NCBI GenBank assembly: GCA_963701085.1
Contig: OY969561.1
Location: 960,001 to 1,024,000, forward strand
Length of the DNA stretch: 64,000 nt
Source: an uncultured bacterium
Lineage (GTDB): Bacteria; Babelota; Babeliae; Babelales; Vermiphilaceae
Direction of reading: 5' to 3'
Part shown: positions 1-10,715 of the stretch, piece by piece
Position numbering within the stretch: position 1 is the first letter of the stretch
How the letters are laid out: every line of letters starts with the position of its first letter
The notes under the pieces: model-generated
Databases searched by the model: none
Told to the model about the DNA's origin: nothing
Seen by the model: the letters and a program-made list of their open reading frames with translations, nothing else
Program-made: the position numbers and the translations under genes

Positions 1-414
1 GGTTCCACGATTAATGTGATCAATCAATCTACCCGGTGTTCCAACAATAATATGCGCACCGCGCCTAATTGCTGTTACCTGAGTTCTGATATCCGCACCA
101 CCATAGACCGCAACAACGTTAACACCACTGACATATTTTGCGTAGGATGTTAACTCTTTTGTAATTTGCAAACAAAGCTCACGCGTTGGGCAGATCACGA
201 GTCCCTGAGTTTTACCATCCATAACAGCCGAAATCAATGGCAATCCAAACGCAGCCGTTTTACCGGTACCTGTTTGTGCCAAACCTATAAGATCCCTGTC
301 TCCCTTTAAAAGAAGAGGAATCGCTTTTTCCTGAATTGCTGTTGGTTGGGTAAAACCTAATTCAGAAACCGCTTTCACTAAACGTTCATCAACACCCAAT
401 GCTTGTATACTCAT
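1..414 (-). CDS. DEAD/DEAH-box RNA helicase, N-terminal part (runs off window)
   Basis: Manual translation from ATG at 414: MSIQALGVDERLVKAVSELGFTQPTAIQEKAIP...AQTGTGKTAAF (Q motif, motif I), PTREL (Ia), TPGRL (Ib). Confidence 0.93.
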   Translation of the reverse strand, partial: MSIQALGVDERLVKAVSELGFTQPTAIQEKAIPLLLKGDRDLIGLAQTGTGKTAAFGLPLISAVMDGKTQGLVICPTRELCLQITKELTSYAKYVSGVNVVAVYGGADIRTQVTAIRRGAHIIVGTPGRLIDHINRGT

Positions 415-539
415 ACGTCTCACATATAAAAAAATGTATAAAAAGATAAGAAACTCGATATGGAGGAAAAACCTCTCATATCGTCTCCTTTAAACTACCA
501 CTTTTTTTACAAACTGTCAAATCAATGATTCAACCAGCT

Positions 540-1139
540 TTATTCCACGCTCTTTAATAAAAAATTTCCAGCTGTTTCAGAATCCTGATCCATAGAATCT
601 TTAATTTCCTGCAATTGGCCCAAAATCTCTTTATCTAATGCCAACGCTTCGATCAACGCTGATCTATTCTTCCATGCATCATGGATATTTAACGCAGCAA
701 ATACTTTACCTACAGTAACCAGGCCCAGTAAATCATTAACAATAAAAGCATCCATCACTGCTAAACGTATCGGGTGAAATAAATCAAAGATACTATCATT
801 ATAGTTGGACAAATAACCATCTCTAAGATTATTAAGCCCTACTAAAGAAAAATTTTGAGCTAACAAAATTCCACCGAGTACGGCCGCATTTTTCCATAAA
901 GTCTTTTTAAAGCTCTTATTCGCTGCAGCCAGCCTTACTTCAGTCAATTGAATATTCATTGCAGTAATACCCATGAACATATCAATATTCTCAGTAATCA
1001 TCGGCACATCAGCAATATTTTGCCCAAGCTCATGTAAAGTGTATAAAATCTCTCTTTCTTGCGTACCCATTGCAAATGTGCTGTTTGCGCCAAAAAACAT
1101 CAATCCTGCCAATACTAACATATTCATCTTGTTCATCAT
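540..1139 (-). CDS. Hypothetical exported/membrane protein (paralog cluster member 1)
   Basis: Signal-like N-terminus ...STFAMG, hydrophobic segments, C-terminal helix DKEILGQLQEIK shared with neighbours. Confidence 0.7.
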   Translation of the reverse strand: MMNKMNMLVLAGLMFFGANSTFAMGTQEREILYTLHELGQNIADVPMITENIDMFMGITAMNIQLTEVRLAAANKSFKKTLWKNAAVLGGILLAQNFSLVGLNNLRDGYLSNYNDSIFDLFHPIRLAVMDAFIVNDLLGLVTVGKVFAALNIHDAWKNRSALIEALALDKEILGQLQEIKDSMDQDSETAGNFLLKSVE

Positions 1140-1166
1140 CGTCCTTACATTATTGTTATAATTTTC

Positions 1167-1898
1167 TTAAAAACCTGCGTCATATTTAATCTGTTTTAAT
1201 TGTGCTATCGCAATTGAATTACGATCACATCTTTCTTGCATTTCTTGAATAAATGCCGCATTTCTATTGCGGTAATTCGATAATTTACTTGAAGAATATT
1301 TAGCAACACTCACTAACATCAGTGTCGCAACAAAAGTGAATGGTAAAAGTGGAGCAATTGTTAAAATAGAACGATTATAATCACTCTGCTGCATTAAATA
1401 CTGAGCACGTGCATCATAATATCTTAAAGAAGTATCAATATAATCAGGCAAATTAGTACATGTAGAGTTAATCACTCTAGAACCAATTTTATCACAGAAA
1501 TTAGCAGCAGAAGAACTATTCCAAATATTGTAAGTAAGAACAAAACCAACAGTAGTAGCTATACCTGCTGCCAACGCACCAAGCCCTGAACCAATTGCTA
1601 CTGATTTAACAGAACCAGGAATCATCCAAGAATACCAATAACCTTCAGCCCAGCTTTTATTTTTCATAGCTTGTTGGCTATCTTTTTCTAAAATCGCAAT
1701 ATCACGATCAATAAGCGCACGGCTAAATTGACCATTTTCAAGATACTGCGCAATTCCCAAAGCATTCGCTTTGCTCAAATGACAAATATGATCACGCCTT
1801 GCCTGTTCTTCCTGAGTAGTAAGTTGCTGCATTGGCAACATAGACGCCGTACTAAACACCATTAAATTCATCGCCAAAACTATAGTCTTCTTATTCAT
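1167..1898 (-). CDS. Hypothetical exported/membrane protein (member 2)
   Basis: MNKK...SMLPM signal; IDRDIAIL motif; two hydrophobic segments; IAQLKQIK end. Confidence 0.75.
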   Translation of the reverse strand: MNKKTIVLAMNLMVFSTASMLPMQQLTTQEEQARRDHICHLSKANALGIAQYLENGQFSRALIDRDIAILEKDSQQAMKNKSWAEGYWYSWMIPGSVKSVAIGSGLGALAAGIATTVGFVLTYNIWNSSSAANFCDKIGSRVINSTCTNLPDYIDTSLRYYDARAQYLMQQSDYNRSILTIAPLLPFTFVATLMLVSVAKYSSSKLSNYRNRNAAFIQEMQERCDRNSIAIAQLKQIKYDAGF

Positions 1899-1984
1899 GA
1901 TCGTCCCTCCTAATAAGTATAACCATTATATTCTACACACTTATGAGTATATATTTTCTATACACTTATAAGTATATGTTTTTG

Positions 1985-2085
1985 TTTCAATTTGTCAAAA
2001 GCCCCATTCTGACAAGTAAAATAGCAGCTCTTTACGTAAAGAACATATGTACGTTATACAGACGGGTTGTTCTATTAAAGTCATT
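1985..2085. repeat. Duplicated intergenic module (terminator plus promoter), copy 1
   Basis: tcaa-aagccccat...cagctctttacgtaaa...tgtacgttatacagacgggt...ctattaaagtc matches 2865-2965. Confidence 0.75.
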
Positions 2086-2127
2086 TAAAGTTTACGTTTT
2101 TTCAGTTCAGAAGGATAAGCTCTTATT

Positions 2128-2805
2128 TTAAATTATTTCTTTAATTGCTGCTAACAGATCAATAATTGCTTGATCACGTTCAACATGCTTTTGAGTTTTT
2201 TGGATATATCTATACAATGTTCTTGCATAACCACAAACATTACAGAGTTTATTTAAAAACAGCAACGCACATATAACGGTAACTGCAGCAGTTATACATG
2301 TTGTATCAATAAATGCGTTTATCTTAGGATCACATTTAGCAATAGCACTCAAATTCTTTTTTACAAATTCTTCATAATCCATAGGTGAAAGTAAGTTATA
2401 TGCAACTTTATCAACAAACGATACTACTGTTTTTACTGATGCATAATCATTCTGAATAAGATCTTTTATTTTTCCAAAAGAAGAACTACAAATAAGAGCT
2501 GAAAGAATAGAGGACCCCCCCCAAAAACCACCTACAAATAGATCGCTCTTAACGGCCCCTTTACAAAAAGTGATTCTACGTTGTAGTGAGTATTTATGCT
2601 GAGATAAAATAGTAATATCACGATCAATAACTTCTGACAAAGTTAACGCATCTTCAGCTAAAGTAAACGTATTAATTTGATGATTTTGATAATTTAAATA
2701 CAAATCTTTACGAATTGCACGTTCTTCACTATCACTCATGGGCAACATTGAACTTGTAGCTAAAGCTATCATCATGGTCATAAAAAACATATTTTTCTTA
2801 TTCAT
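2128..2805 (-). CDS. Hypothetical exported/membrane protein (member 3)
   Basis: MNKK...SMLPM signal; IDRDITIL motif; ERDQAIIDLLAAIK end. Confidence 0.75.
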   Translation of the reverse strand: MNKKNMFFMTMMIALATSSMLPMSDSEERAIRKDLYLNYQNHQINTFTLAEDALTLSEVIDRDITILSQHKYSLQRRITFCKGAVKSDLFVGGFWGGSSILSALICSSSFGKIKDLIQNDYASVKTVVSFVDKVAYNLLSPMDYEEFVKKNLSAIAKCDPKINAFIDTTCITAAVTVICALLFLNKLCNVCGYARTLYRYIQKTQKHVERDQAIIDLLAAIKEII

Positions 2806-2864
2806 AATAGCACCTAATAGTTATAATTATCATTATTCCACCTACTTATAACTTTAAATTTTAT

Positions 2865-2965
2865 TTCAATTAGTCAATAGCCCCATCAAATGTTTAAAGC
2901 ACAGCTCTTACGTAAACAACCCATCTGTACGTTCATACAGACGGGTCATTCCTATTAAAGTCGTT
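2865..2965. repeat. Duplicated intergenic module, copy 2, with hairpin acccatctgta-cgttca-tacagacgggt
   Basis: Direct visual alignment with 1985-2085; hairpin lies just downstream of a minus-strand gene. Confidence 0.75.
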
Positions 2966-2978
2966 TTTATCTAAAAAA

Positions 2979-3674
2979 TTAGTCTCTGGATACGGCAACC
3001 ATGCTCAATGGCTGAACAAGGCTATTAAGAGCGCCAATGACGCTATTAACCATATTAAGCGATGATGCAGCTACAGTACCCACACTACCATCCCGCGAAG
3101 CTTTGATCTTTTCTAAAGCAGCCAAAATCTGCTTATCTCTTTCTAATCGCCCTACCAAACGTTCATCATGACGATATACCTTATGAAACTGACTTCCTGC
3201 AATTGCTGCCAATAATGTTGTAGCTGCTCCCAAGATTACCGTTGAAATGACTGCACCTTGAGGATCTGCACTGCTGGCTCTTTTTATATAAGAATCATAC
3301 GCACAATATCCCCATAAAGTTGCAAAGCTTGAAAGTGCCGTTCCGCGTAACATTGCATTGCTATATAATCCACTTTCTTTCTCTACAATCTTAATCTCCA
3401 GAGTTTTTATGTGCTCAGCTAAAACGGTTATAAAGTAATCGATAGGGAAATTAATCAACTCCAAACAGTGAGGATTATATCTATACAACCAATAAAGTTG
3501 TCTTCTTAAACATCTCTCACTTGGCAAAAAACGATCAGAACAATAATGATTTTGATCTCCATAACACTGATGAACATCCTGATCAAAACTAACAGCAAGA
3601 TGACTGCTATGATAATGCGCTGAAACAGAACCAACCATTGATGTTAACAACAAAGCTAAAAACTTATTCTTCAT
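2979..3674 (-). CDS. Hypothetical exported/membrane protein (member 4)
   Basis: Signal peptide (SVSA-H), two TM-like segments, ERDKQILAALEKIK. Confidence 0.75.
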   Translation of the reverse strand: MKNKFLALLLTSMVGSVSAHYHSSHLAVSFDQDVHQCYGDQNHYCSDRFLPSERCLRRQLYWLYRYNPHCLELINFPIDYFITVLAEHIKTLEIKIVEKESGLYSNAMLRGTALSSFATLWGYCAYDSYIKRASSADPQGAVISTVILGAATTLLAAIAGSQFHKVYRHDERLVGRLERDKQILAALEKIKASRDGSVGTVAASSLNMVNSVIGALNSLVQPLSMVAVSRD

Positions 3675-3926
3675 ATCTGCTCTCCTACATGGAATGTTTT
3701 GTAATGTTTTTAAACTGCTCTTACTTATATAACAAATAATTTTAAATCACTCAATTTTTACATAATCAATTATATTCATCAGGACGCATATATCATTAAA
3801 ATTTCATTTCTTTAACAGAAAATATTTCTTAAAAACTTAACAAATCACTTCAATAATAAACTCAAAAATTGTATGATGCTTTCTTAATAAACAATTTTAT
3901 CATTTTACACCTTTTGGAGTAATCAC

Positions 3927-5130
3927 ATGTCATGCACTCACCACATTATTTTCTCAATTCTCTGCGCTTCTAATGTTGTATTATCAATTGACTTCACAGA
4001 AAAATGGTAACCCGCGTCCACCTATAAACATAAACCCCCACTACTAATCCAATAGAAACAATCAGTGAAACTGAAATTGAAGAGATGGAACTGGTTTTTA
4101 AATATTCTCCTCTAGAAGCACAGCTAATTGTTAATCACTTACAAGACACCACCTATTTCCCTGATGATAAAGACTATAGGTCAGCAATATTTTTTGGTGC
4201 ACCTGGATCAGGAAAAACAATGATGGCTAAAGCTATTGCCTACAAAATGGCACAAAAAGGTTGGGATTGTAAATTTGTATCAAGCACCTCTCTTTTTGGA
4301 GGGCATCGCGATCAAACAGCTATGCGCGTTACACAAGAATTGGAATCAATTGTCGCATCAAAAAAACCTACTATCATAATAATTGACGAACTACACCGAC
4401 TCCTTGAAAATGCAGACAGCAAACATCACGATACTGATTCAACATCAACAGCATTATGGACATTTCTTGATAGTCAAGAAAGCAATGAAAACTTCTTTCT
4501 CATTGGGACTATGAATCGCATTGATAAGCTACCTCAACCGTTCAAAAGTAGAATTATTTCTGACTATATACATTTTCCGCTCGCAACAGATCCTAAAATT
4601 AAAAACATGCTCGTTCGCATTTATTTAACAACCAAAAATAGCGTTTTTCATGAAGAAGTGAATGATGATTTTTTAAATAAAGAATTGGAAAAAATAAATG
4701 ATTGAGCTGGAAGATGTTTAAAAAAAATATGCCGAGCAATAGGTAAAACAAATATAAGAAATGAATGAAAAAAACGTTCTAAATCTGTGATTAAAAAAGC
4801 CGTCATAACACAAGTTGTAGACGAGCATATAAAAAGAAAGGCTGCAATAAAATACGATTGGGTAGATGAAACTGATGATGAGCGGCAAAATCGTCATCAT
4901 AAAGAAAATAAGTAGAAGCACAAGAAAGACATTTCGTTGAACAACTAATAATACAAATTACTTCGAGCTATGAACACAACCCTCTACTTAATCTTAGACA
5001 GCTTATACATGGAGACGAATCAGGACTCGTGTCTTTAATTTCAGACGAGCAACAACAAATCTATGCCGACATTATGGCAAAAACCCGGGCAAGAAGAGAA
5101 AACGCAAAAAAAAACAATACATATAAATGA
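3927..5130 (+). pseudogene. AAA+ ATPase with signal-like N-terminus, disrupted (core ORF 4085-4705)
   Basis: Walker A GAPGSGKT, Walker B IIIIDE, sensor GTMN, KSR finger; reading continues in frame past TGA (AGRCLKK); upstream ATG 3927 gives MSCTHHIIFSILCASNVVLS. End approximate. Confidence 0.75.
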
Positions 5131-5148
5131 TTTTATTGGAAAACAATA

Positions 5149-6362
5149 ATGAACAAATTTATATTCATTACCCTAATGCTTTAATCGAATACCTTATTGT
5201 CAGATCAAGATAGCTCAGAAAAACCTATAGAAAAAGAGCCTCGCATTAAAATCACACCACTATACACGCCTGATTTGGAAAATCGGCAACAGGCTCAAAC
5301 TCCTTCAGAAGATATAAATCAAGCAAACAACACTCAAGAAAATCCTCCTCAAAAGCCAACAGCTAGGGCATTAATACTACCTGCTGAATGGATCTTAGAA
5401 TCATCAATGGAAAGTGCACCGGAATTATTAAAAGGTATTTTTTGCTACTTACAATCACGTTCACATTGCATGGATGAATCACAACTCTCTGTAGCTATAC
5501 CATCTTGCCATCGATTTATTTTAGTGGGGCCGCCTGGATCAGGAAAAACAACCTTAGCCCATGCAATGGCACATATGCTTGGCTATTCTATAGTATTTGT
5601 TCCAGCAACAGGTCTTTTGGGGCGCTTTAGAAATGAAACAGCTAAGAATATACAAAATTTGTTAAGAGAACAAAATAATGATGAAAAAACAATATCAGTG
5701 AGAACCATAAATAATGAACAATCACAAACAACAGACATTCTCAAACGGCTGCCGCTTTTTGGCTTGCCCTTGATGACATAGAAAAGCGTAACCCCAATGT
5801 TATTTTTATTGGTACAGCCAATAACGTTGATAAATTACCACCGGAAATAAAAAGTCGCTTTTCTGGAAAAGTTATTACCATGCCATTGCCTGATAAAAAT
5901 CAAAAAATCAAGGCGTTCAAAAATAGCATAGATCATGATCTATCAATAGCATTAGACAATTCAATTAATGATGTATTTATTGCAAAAATGATACAGCAAA
6001 TAAAAAATTGCTCAATGCGTGATGTACAATTAATTATCGATATAGCAAAAATGTTTCGCTATGCTGAAGGGCCTGTAACCGAGCCTTTTATTATTTTAAC
6101 AAAAGCTCACTTTCAGCGAGTACTTGATGAGCTACAAGCTGAATCTGAAGTATTACAAAAAAGCTTTTCTGATAGACTTTGTGAAAAATTACAACCTTGG
6201 GGAGTAGTTTTTGGTATAGCTGCTAATGCTTGTGTTTTAGCAAGAGCTTCATCTGACTTATTAAGAAGCAATCCTGAAGTTTTGCAAAAAATACAATCAT
6301 TATGGTCAAAAATTTTATTCAACAACAATAGCATTCCGGGCACATTACAATGCTTCATTTAA
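5149..6362 (+). pseudogene. Second AAA+ ATPase with signal-like N-terminus, disrupted
   Basis: ATG 5149 in frame with ORF 5197 (MNKFIFITLML*SNTLL); GPPGSGKT; garbled Walker B region; shifted frame gives FWLALDD...IGTANNVDKLPPEIKSRF joining ORF 5880-6362. Confidence 0.75.
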
Positions 6363-9136
6363 ACAAAAGTGCACTAAGCATAATTATTACTCTTTTTATT
6401 TACTGTAATACTTATACAATAACACCTCTGACACCTGAGGTATGGATTGCTTCAAAAATTGATACTAGTCCTTATAATTGCACTATAGAAACGTCTATAG
6501 AAACAATTACATCTTATACGATTACTCATGAAAATCGTATTATGCTTGAGCAAGATTACTTTAATCGTGAAACAGGAGAGATAGGTCATAGAAGCATGCA
6601 GATTTACCCTGATGATTCTCTTTCGAACAACTTTAATTCTTTTGATACAAACCTATCTCATAATCATTCAGATTCACCGCTACATTCAAATAATACTGAC
6701 TCTTCTGGCAAATCAACCATGCCATCATATGCAACTGATTGGCAAGATGCTCATTCGAAACAGTCTAGAGAAGAATCTTGTAAACAAGAAGCTCTAGAAA
6801 GAGAAATACACAATATGGAAAATAATCAAACAATACGAACATATAATACAAGCAATATACTTAATTATTTGAACAATTTGAATCAGCCGACAGCCTTATA
6901 ACAGCATTATCATCCCCAATAATTAGCACACACATTCAGAAAACTAAATATCTATTGCGGATAAATGTATAGAAAAAGGTAAGGTTTAGAAAAAAACAGT
7001 ATGAAGTGATCAACTAACTTTTCTTGATCTATTAATATCAGGAGAGATGACACGACTGCTCACGCACATACAACATCCTAATTTAGCTATTGCCGAAATT
7101 GCTTTTCACATATTAAAAGATTGCTGGCCTTGGAAACGAAATTATACATTTTTAATCCCTAGCTTGGCTAATGATACTGAAGAGTCAGATTATATTACAA
7201 ATTTAGGCATCGACATAATGAAAATCGTTGAAAGAGATTATATAACGCGTGAAGACTATATTGCAAAATATACTAATGCACAATCCCTCAAAATAGTACG
7301 AGGATATAAAGAAAAATGCATTCTGTTACAAAAAAAAGGTTCTCTCGATGGTCTTTCTAGTGAAACACATCGTTTATATAATCATGTTATTAAAAATGGC
7401 GAAAAGAATAACCTTACAGACAACATATGTCTCGCAATAGCTGAAAAAACCTATCTTAATCCAGTAACCACTTTTTTACATACAATTGTACATGCTCCAT
7501 CTCTTGAAGAAGCACACAATGCACTAATTTAGAAACGAAAATATTAAATCAAGCAAACAAAGAGAATATTAATCTTGATTCCACAATTAAAGATTGGATC
7601 ATTAAAAAATATGAATATGATGTACTCGCAGCAGCCTGTAATTGTCATAGATCACATGCTGATTATAGTAATAAATCTCCTTTTATTAATCTTTTTTCTT
7701 CTACTTTACACAACAACGACTCTATTCTTTCCAGTCCTCTGTATACTGTGATGCATAATGTACAACAAAAACCTTTACCCATATCGCATGAAAACTTAAC
7801 TCATCTTGTAAACCAAATTTCAGAACAGTTCAAATCTCTTAATATTACCGATCCTATTGAACAAAAACAGGTCCTGATCGAAGACTTTGGTGTGGATATT
7901 ATAGAGCTTGTCAACAACACCTATAAAAATCGGCCAGATCACAAAGATTTGGTTAATTCTTTTACCTCTATTGATGTACACGCTCAATCCATAAACATAC
8001 TCAATAATTGTCATGATTATACATCAGTAGGGCAACAATTTGATATAATGGCAGAACACGTTTTTCATAATGCAAAATTATGCAAACTCGATTTTGTACC
8101 AGAAGTAGAAAACCACATACTTGATTCAATACATATCATAAAAGCGCCACAAAATGATGCTGAATTCGTGTTTAATATAACAGTGGTTGATCACCTACTA
8201 ACTGACATTCAACATAAAGTGGATAATATTGTTGAAGGAAAATCAACGTCATATATAGAGCGAGGGTCAGAACTCTTCACGCGGGCAATAGTAAAATTTA
8301 TTAAAGGACTCAATCCTGTTACACAAGCAAAAAGTGTAGGTGAGCTTCTCCAAGGTGCAGGACATCTTGCAAAGCACGTAATACAACACCCTATCAACTC
8401 ATTACATACCCTACGTGAAATAGACATAAAAACATGTGAATTTTTAGTCGAAACCGCAATGTTTACATCAGATACTATTTTTGGACAAAATTACTTAACA
8501 CCAGAAGAATATCAACAACGATGTGATCTGTTTTGGAAAGTTACTGAATCTGTATCAGCAGAACATGTTGTTGATTTAGTAGCCCAAATAACAGCAGATT
8601 TTGCTTTTGGTAAAGGATTTGCTAAGGCATTTATTTATCTTAAAGAAATAGATGCAGCAAGCAAATTAGAAAATTATGCTGCAAAAATAGCAGATAAATT
8701 GAAACAAGCAGTTGATACTCATCTTGCAGATAACCCTATTCTCGTCACGGCTGAAGGTATCGTACTCAAAACTTCTAATGATCTTAAAAAGTTTGGTGAA
8801 AAAATAAAAAATGGTTCAATAGGTCAAAAGGTAATCTTACATGTAAACAATATGAAAGAGTTTTTTGAACTACCATTCGGTCAGACGTTACATCCACATT
8901 CTTTAAAAACTTCTTATCAATACCAAAAGTTTTCGATCTACAAGCTAACAAAAAATATACCTGAAACACGCTTAAAGAAAGGATACTTCTATTATTTAGA
9001 TCGTTTACACGGCGATCATCTAGAAGTATTTGATAAGCAACTAAGAGTAGCAGCTGTTTATAATTTAGATGGGACTTTTAATATGGCAAAATTTGAGGCG
9101 GCACAGCAGGCTGGCCGCACTATTAAATTAACTTGA
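6350..9136 (+). CDS. Large polymorphic-toxin-like protein, frameshifted (ORFs 6350-6901, 7047-7532, 7748-9136); putative C-terminal nuclease/RNase toxin
   Basis: N-terminal signal; contiguous same-strand ORF fragments; C-terminal YYLDRLHGDHLEVFD...VYNLDG; small genes follow immediately. Confidence 0.65.
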
Positions 9137-9143
9137 GATAAAA

Positions 9144-9446
9144 ATGGAAAATGAATTCAAAAAAATATTAACCTTCTTAGAAAAATTAAATAACAACGCT
9201 CCAAAAAAAATTATTCTCTCTTCTGAACTACAAGAAGAATACGATAATATAAAAGATTTAAATAGGCTAAATAATGAAACCTTAAAACATCTTAACTTAC
9301 TAAAAAAAGTTAACCCTTCTTCTATTGATGAAGTTATGGAACAAATTTGTTACTTCAACGTTAATTTAAACACATATATCTGGCATATCGAAAGCATAAG
9401 AGACATAACTGAAAAATTTATCATGAAAGATTCAAAAAATGATTAA
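9144..9446 (+). CDS. Putative cognate immunity protein
   Basis: 100 aa, starts 7 nt after toxin stop. Confidence 0.55.
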   Translation: MENEFKKILTFLEKLNNNAPKKIILSSELQEEYDNIKDLNRLNNETLKHLNLLKKVNPSSIDEVMEQICYFNVNLNTYIWHIESIRDITEKFIMKDSKND

Positions 9447-9765
9447 GGAAATACAACAAATTTCACAAGAAATGCTTACATTAAATTCTCAAGTTTATGG
9501 TGCAATACTTTCAGAAAAAGATCTAACCACATTAGAAGAAGCTTTAATTAAAATAAAACTTATTCAGGAAGGTATTAATAATCTACTAGATAAAACATTT
9601 TTAATTTCTTCAGCAAACACTAAAGAATCAACTGAAATAGTAACGAAAATATACGAATTACTCGCTGAACTAGGCACAATCATTGAAACAATTAAGGAAT
9701 TTTCAAGAAAATTTGTATGCAATTATCGAGAAGAATGGAATATCATCAACACAAATCAGGCATGA
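9439..9765 (+). CDS. Small helical protein, putative immunity protein
   Basis: 108 aa, overlaps previous gene; similar helical pattern (IESIRDITEKF vs IETIKEFSRKF). Confidence 0.5.
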   Translation: MIKEIQQISQEMLTLNSQVYGAILSEKDLTTLEEALIKIKLIQEGINNLLDKTFLISSANTKESTEIVTKIYELLAELGTIIETIKEFSRKFVCNYREEWNIINTNQA

Positions 9766-9793
9766 TATGAATTACACAAATAATATAAATATA

Positions 9794-10028
9794 ATGAGCT
9801 GCCCTGGTATGTGAACAACAAGGAAATATTTATAATGCAAAGATACTTGATTTGGGAATTATGATAAAGATATGTGATGAATGTGAAGCTTGTTGGCCTC
9901 AAGATCAAACAATCAGCATTAGCAATTTTAAAGGATTAACCACATTTTTTAAAGACCATGGCTTAACTTACAAAGATGCCAAAATAGAAAATTTGGAATA
10001 CGTAAAAGATCAAGATGTTCATTGTTAA
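9794..10028 (+). CDS. Small Cys-motif protein (CPxC...CDECEACW), putative orphan immunity; one frameshift
   Basis: Manual translation MSCP-(fs)-CEQQGNIYNAKILDLGIMIKICDECEACWPQDQ...; absent from ORF track. Confidence 0.55.
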
Positions 10029-10029
10029 A

Positions 10030-10408
10030 ATGGAATTCGTTAAATTCATCAATTCACCTCATGGAGGTTATATTTGCAAAAACGCATCTAATATAGAAAT
10101 GACTATTTTAGGACGTTTTTTAACCAGCGATGTTGGAGGCGGGTTCTTCAGGATTTAAAAAATGGGGACTTACTGATAGTTGGGGCGATGCATGTAGTGG
10201 TAATCTTACCGCGCTGGAAAAAGATAACGATTATATACTACTTACTGACTTGTATTCAGAAGAAGAAACTCCAACAGAATTAAAAATGACTCAGGAACAA
10301 TTTGTACAAATACTTACTAATTGGGAAGAAAAAGTCCTCAAATTAAAACCCAAAGAAGTAATCATTAAACATGAACATAACCAATTTATTATGGAAACAA
10401 AAGATTAA
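10030..10408 (+). CDS. Putative orphan immunity protein (CdiI-like); one frameshift
   Basis: MEFVKF...LGRFLTSDVG joins ORF 10130 (SGNLTALEKDNDYILLTDLYSEE...FVQILTNW); family resemblance from memory only. Confidence 0.5.
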
Positions 10409-10612
10409 TTGCTCTTCATTTTTTAAACAAATCAACACAATACTAAAAATTAAATTTTAAATAGCAGATTTCAATAGTCTCAAATATTCTTTAGAACTTT
10501 CATACACCATCTCTGAAATAAAATGCAGAAATGGTGTATTGTTATTTTTATATGCTTTTTTGACCTACTTCAAAAAAACAATTACCATTAAAATAAAGAA
10601 TAAAGCGCTTAA

Positions 10613-10638
10613 CCCTTCAACAAGTTCAGGGTGAGCGC
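10613..10638. repeat. REP-like repeat half unit
   Basis: ccttcaacaagttcagggtgagcgc matches arms at 21958-22031 and 31928-31994. Confidence 0.75.
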
Positions 10639-10715
10639 AACAAAGAACTGAATTTGTGTTTACTACTGATCCTGTCGAAGTATCAGAGTGAGCACAATGA
10701 AAAAAGAAAGCCCCC

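Noticed and set aside
3927-5200. Stop-codon reassignment
   Set aside because: All three stop types interrupt the frames and all serve as normal stops in core genes.
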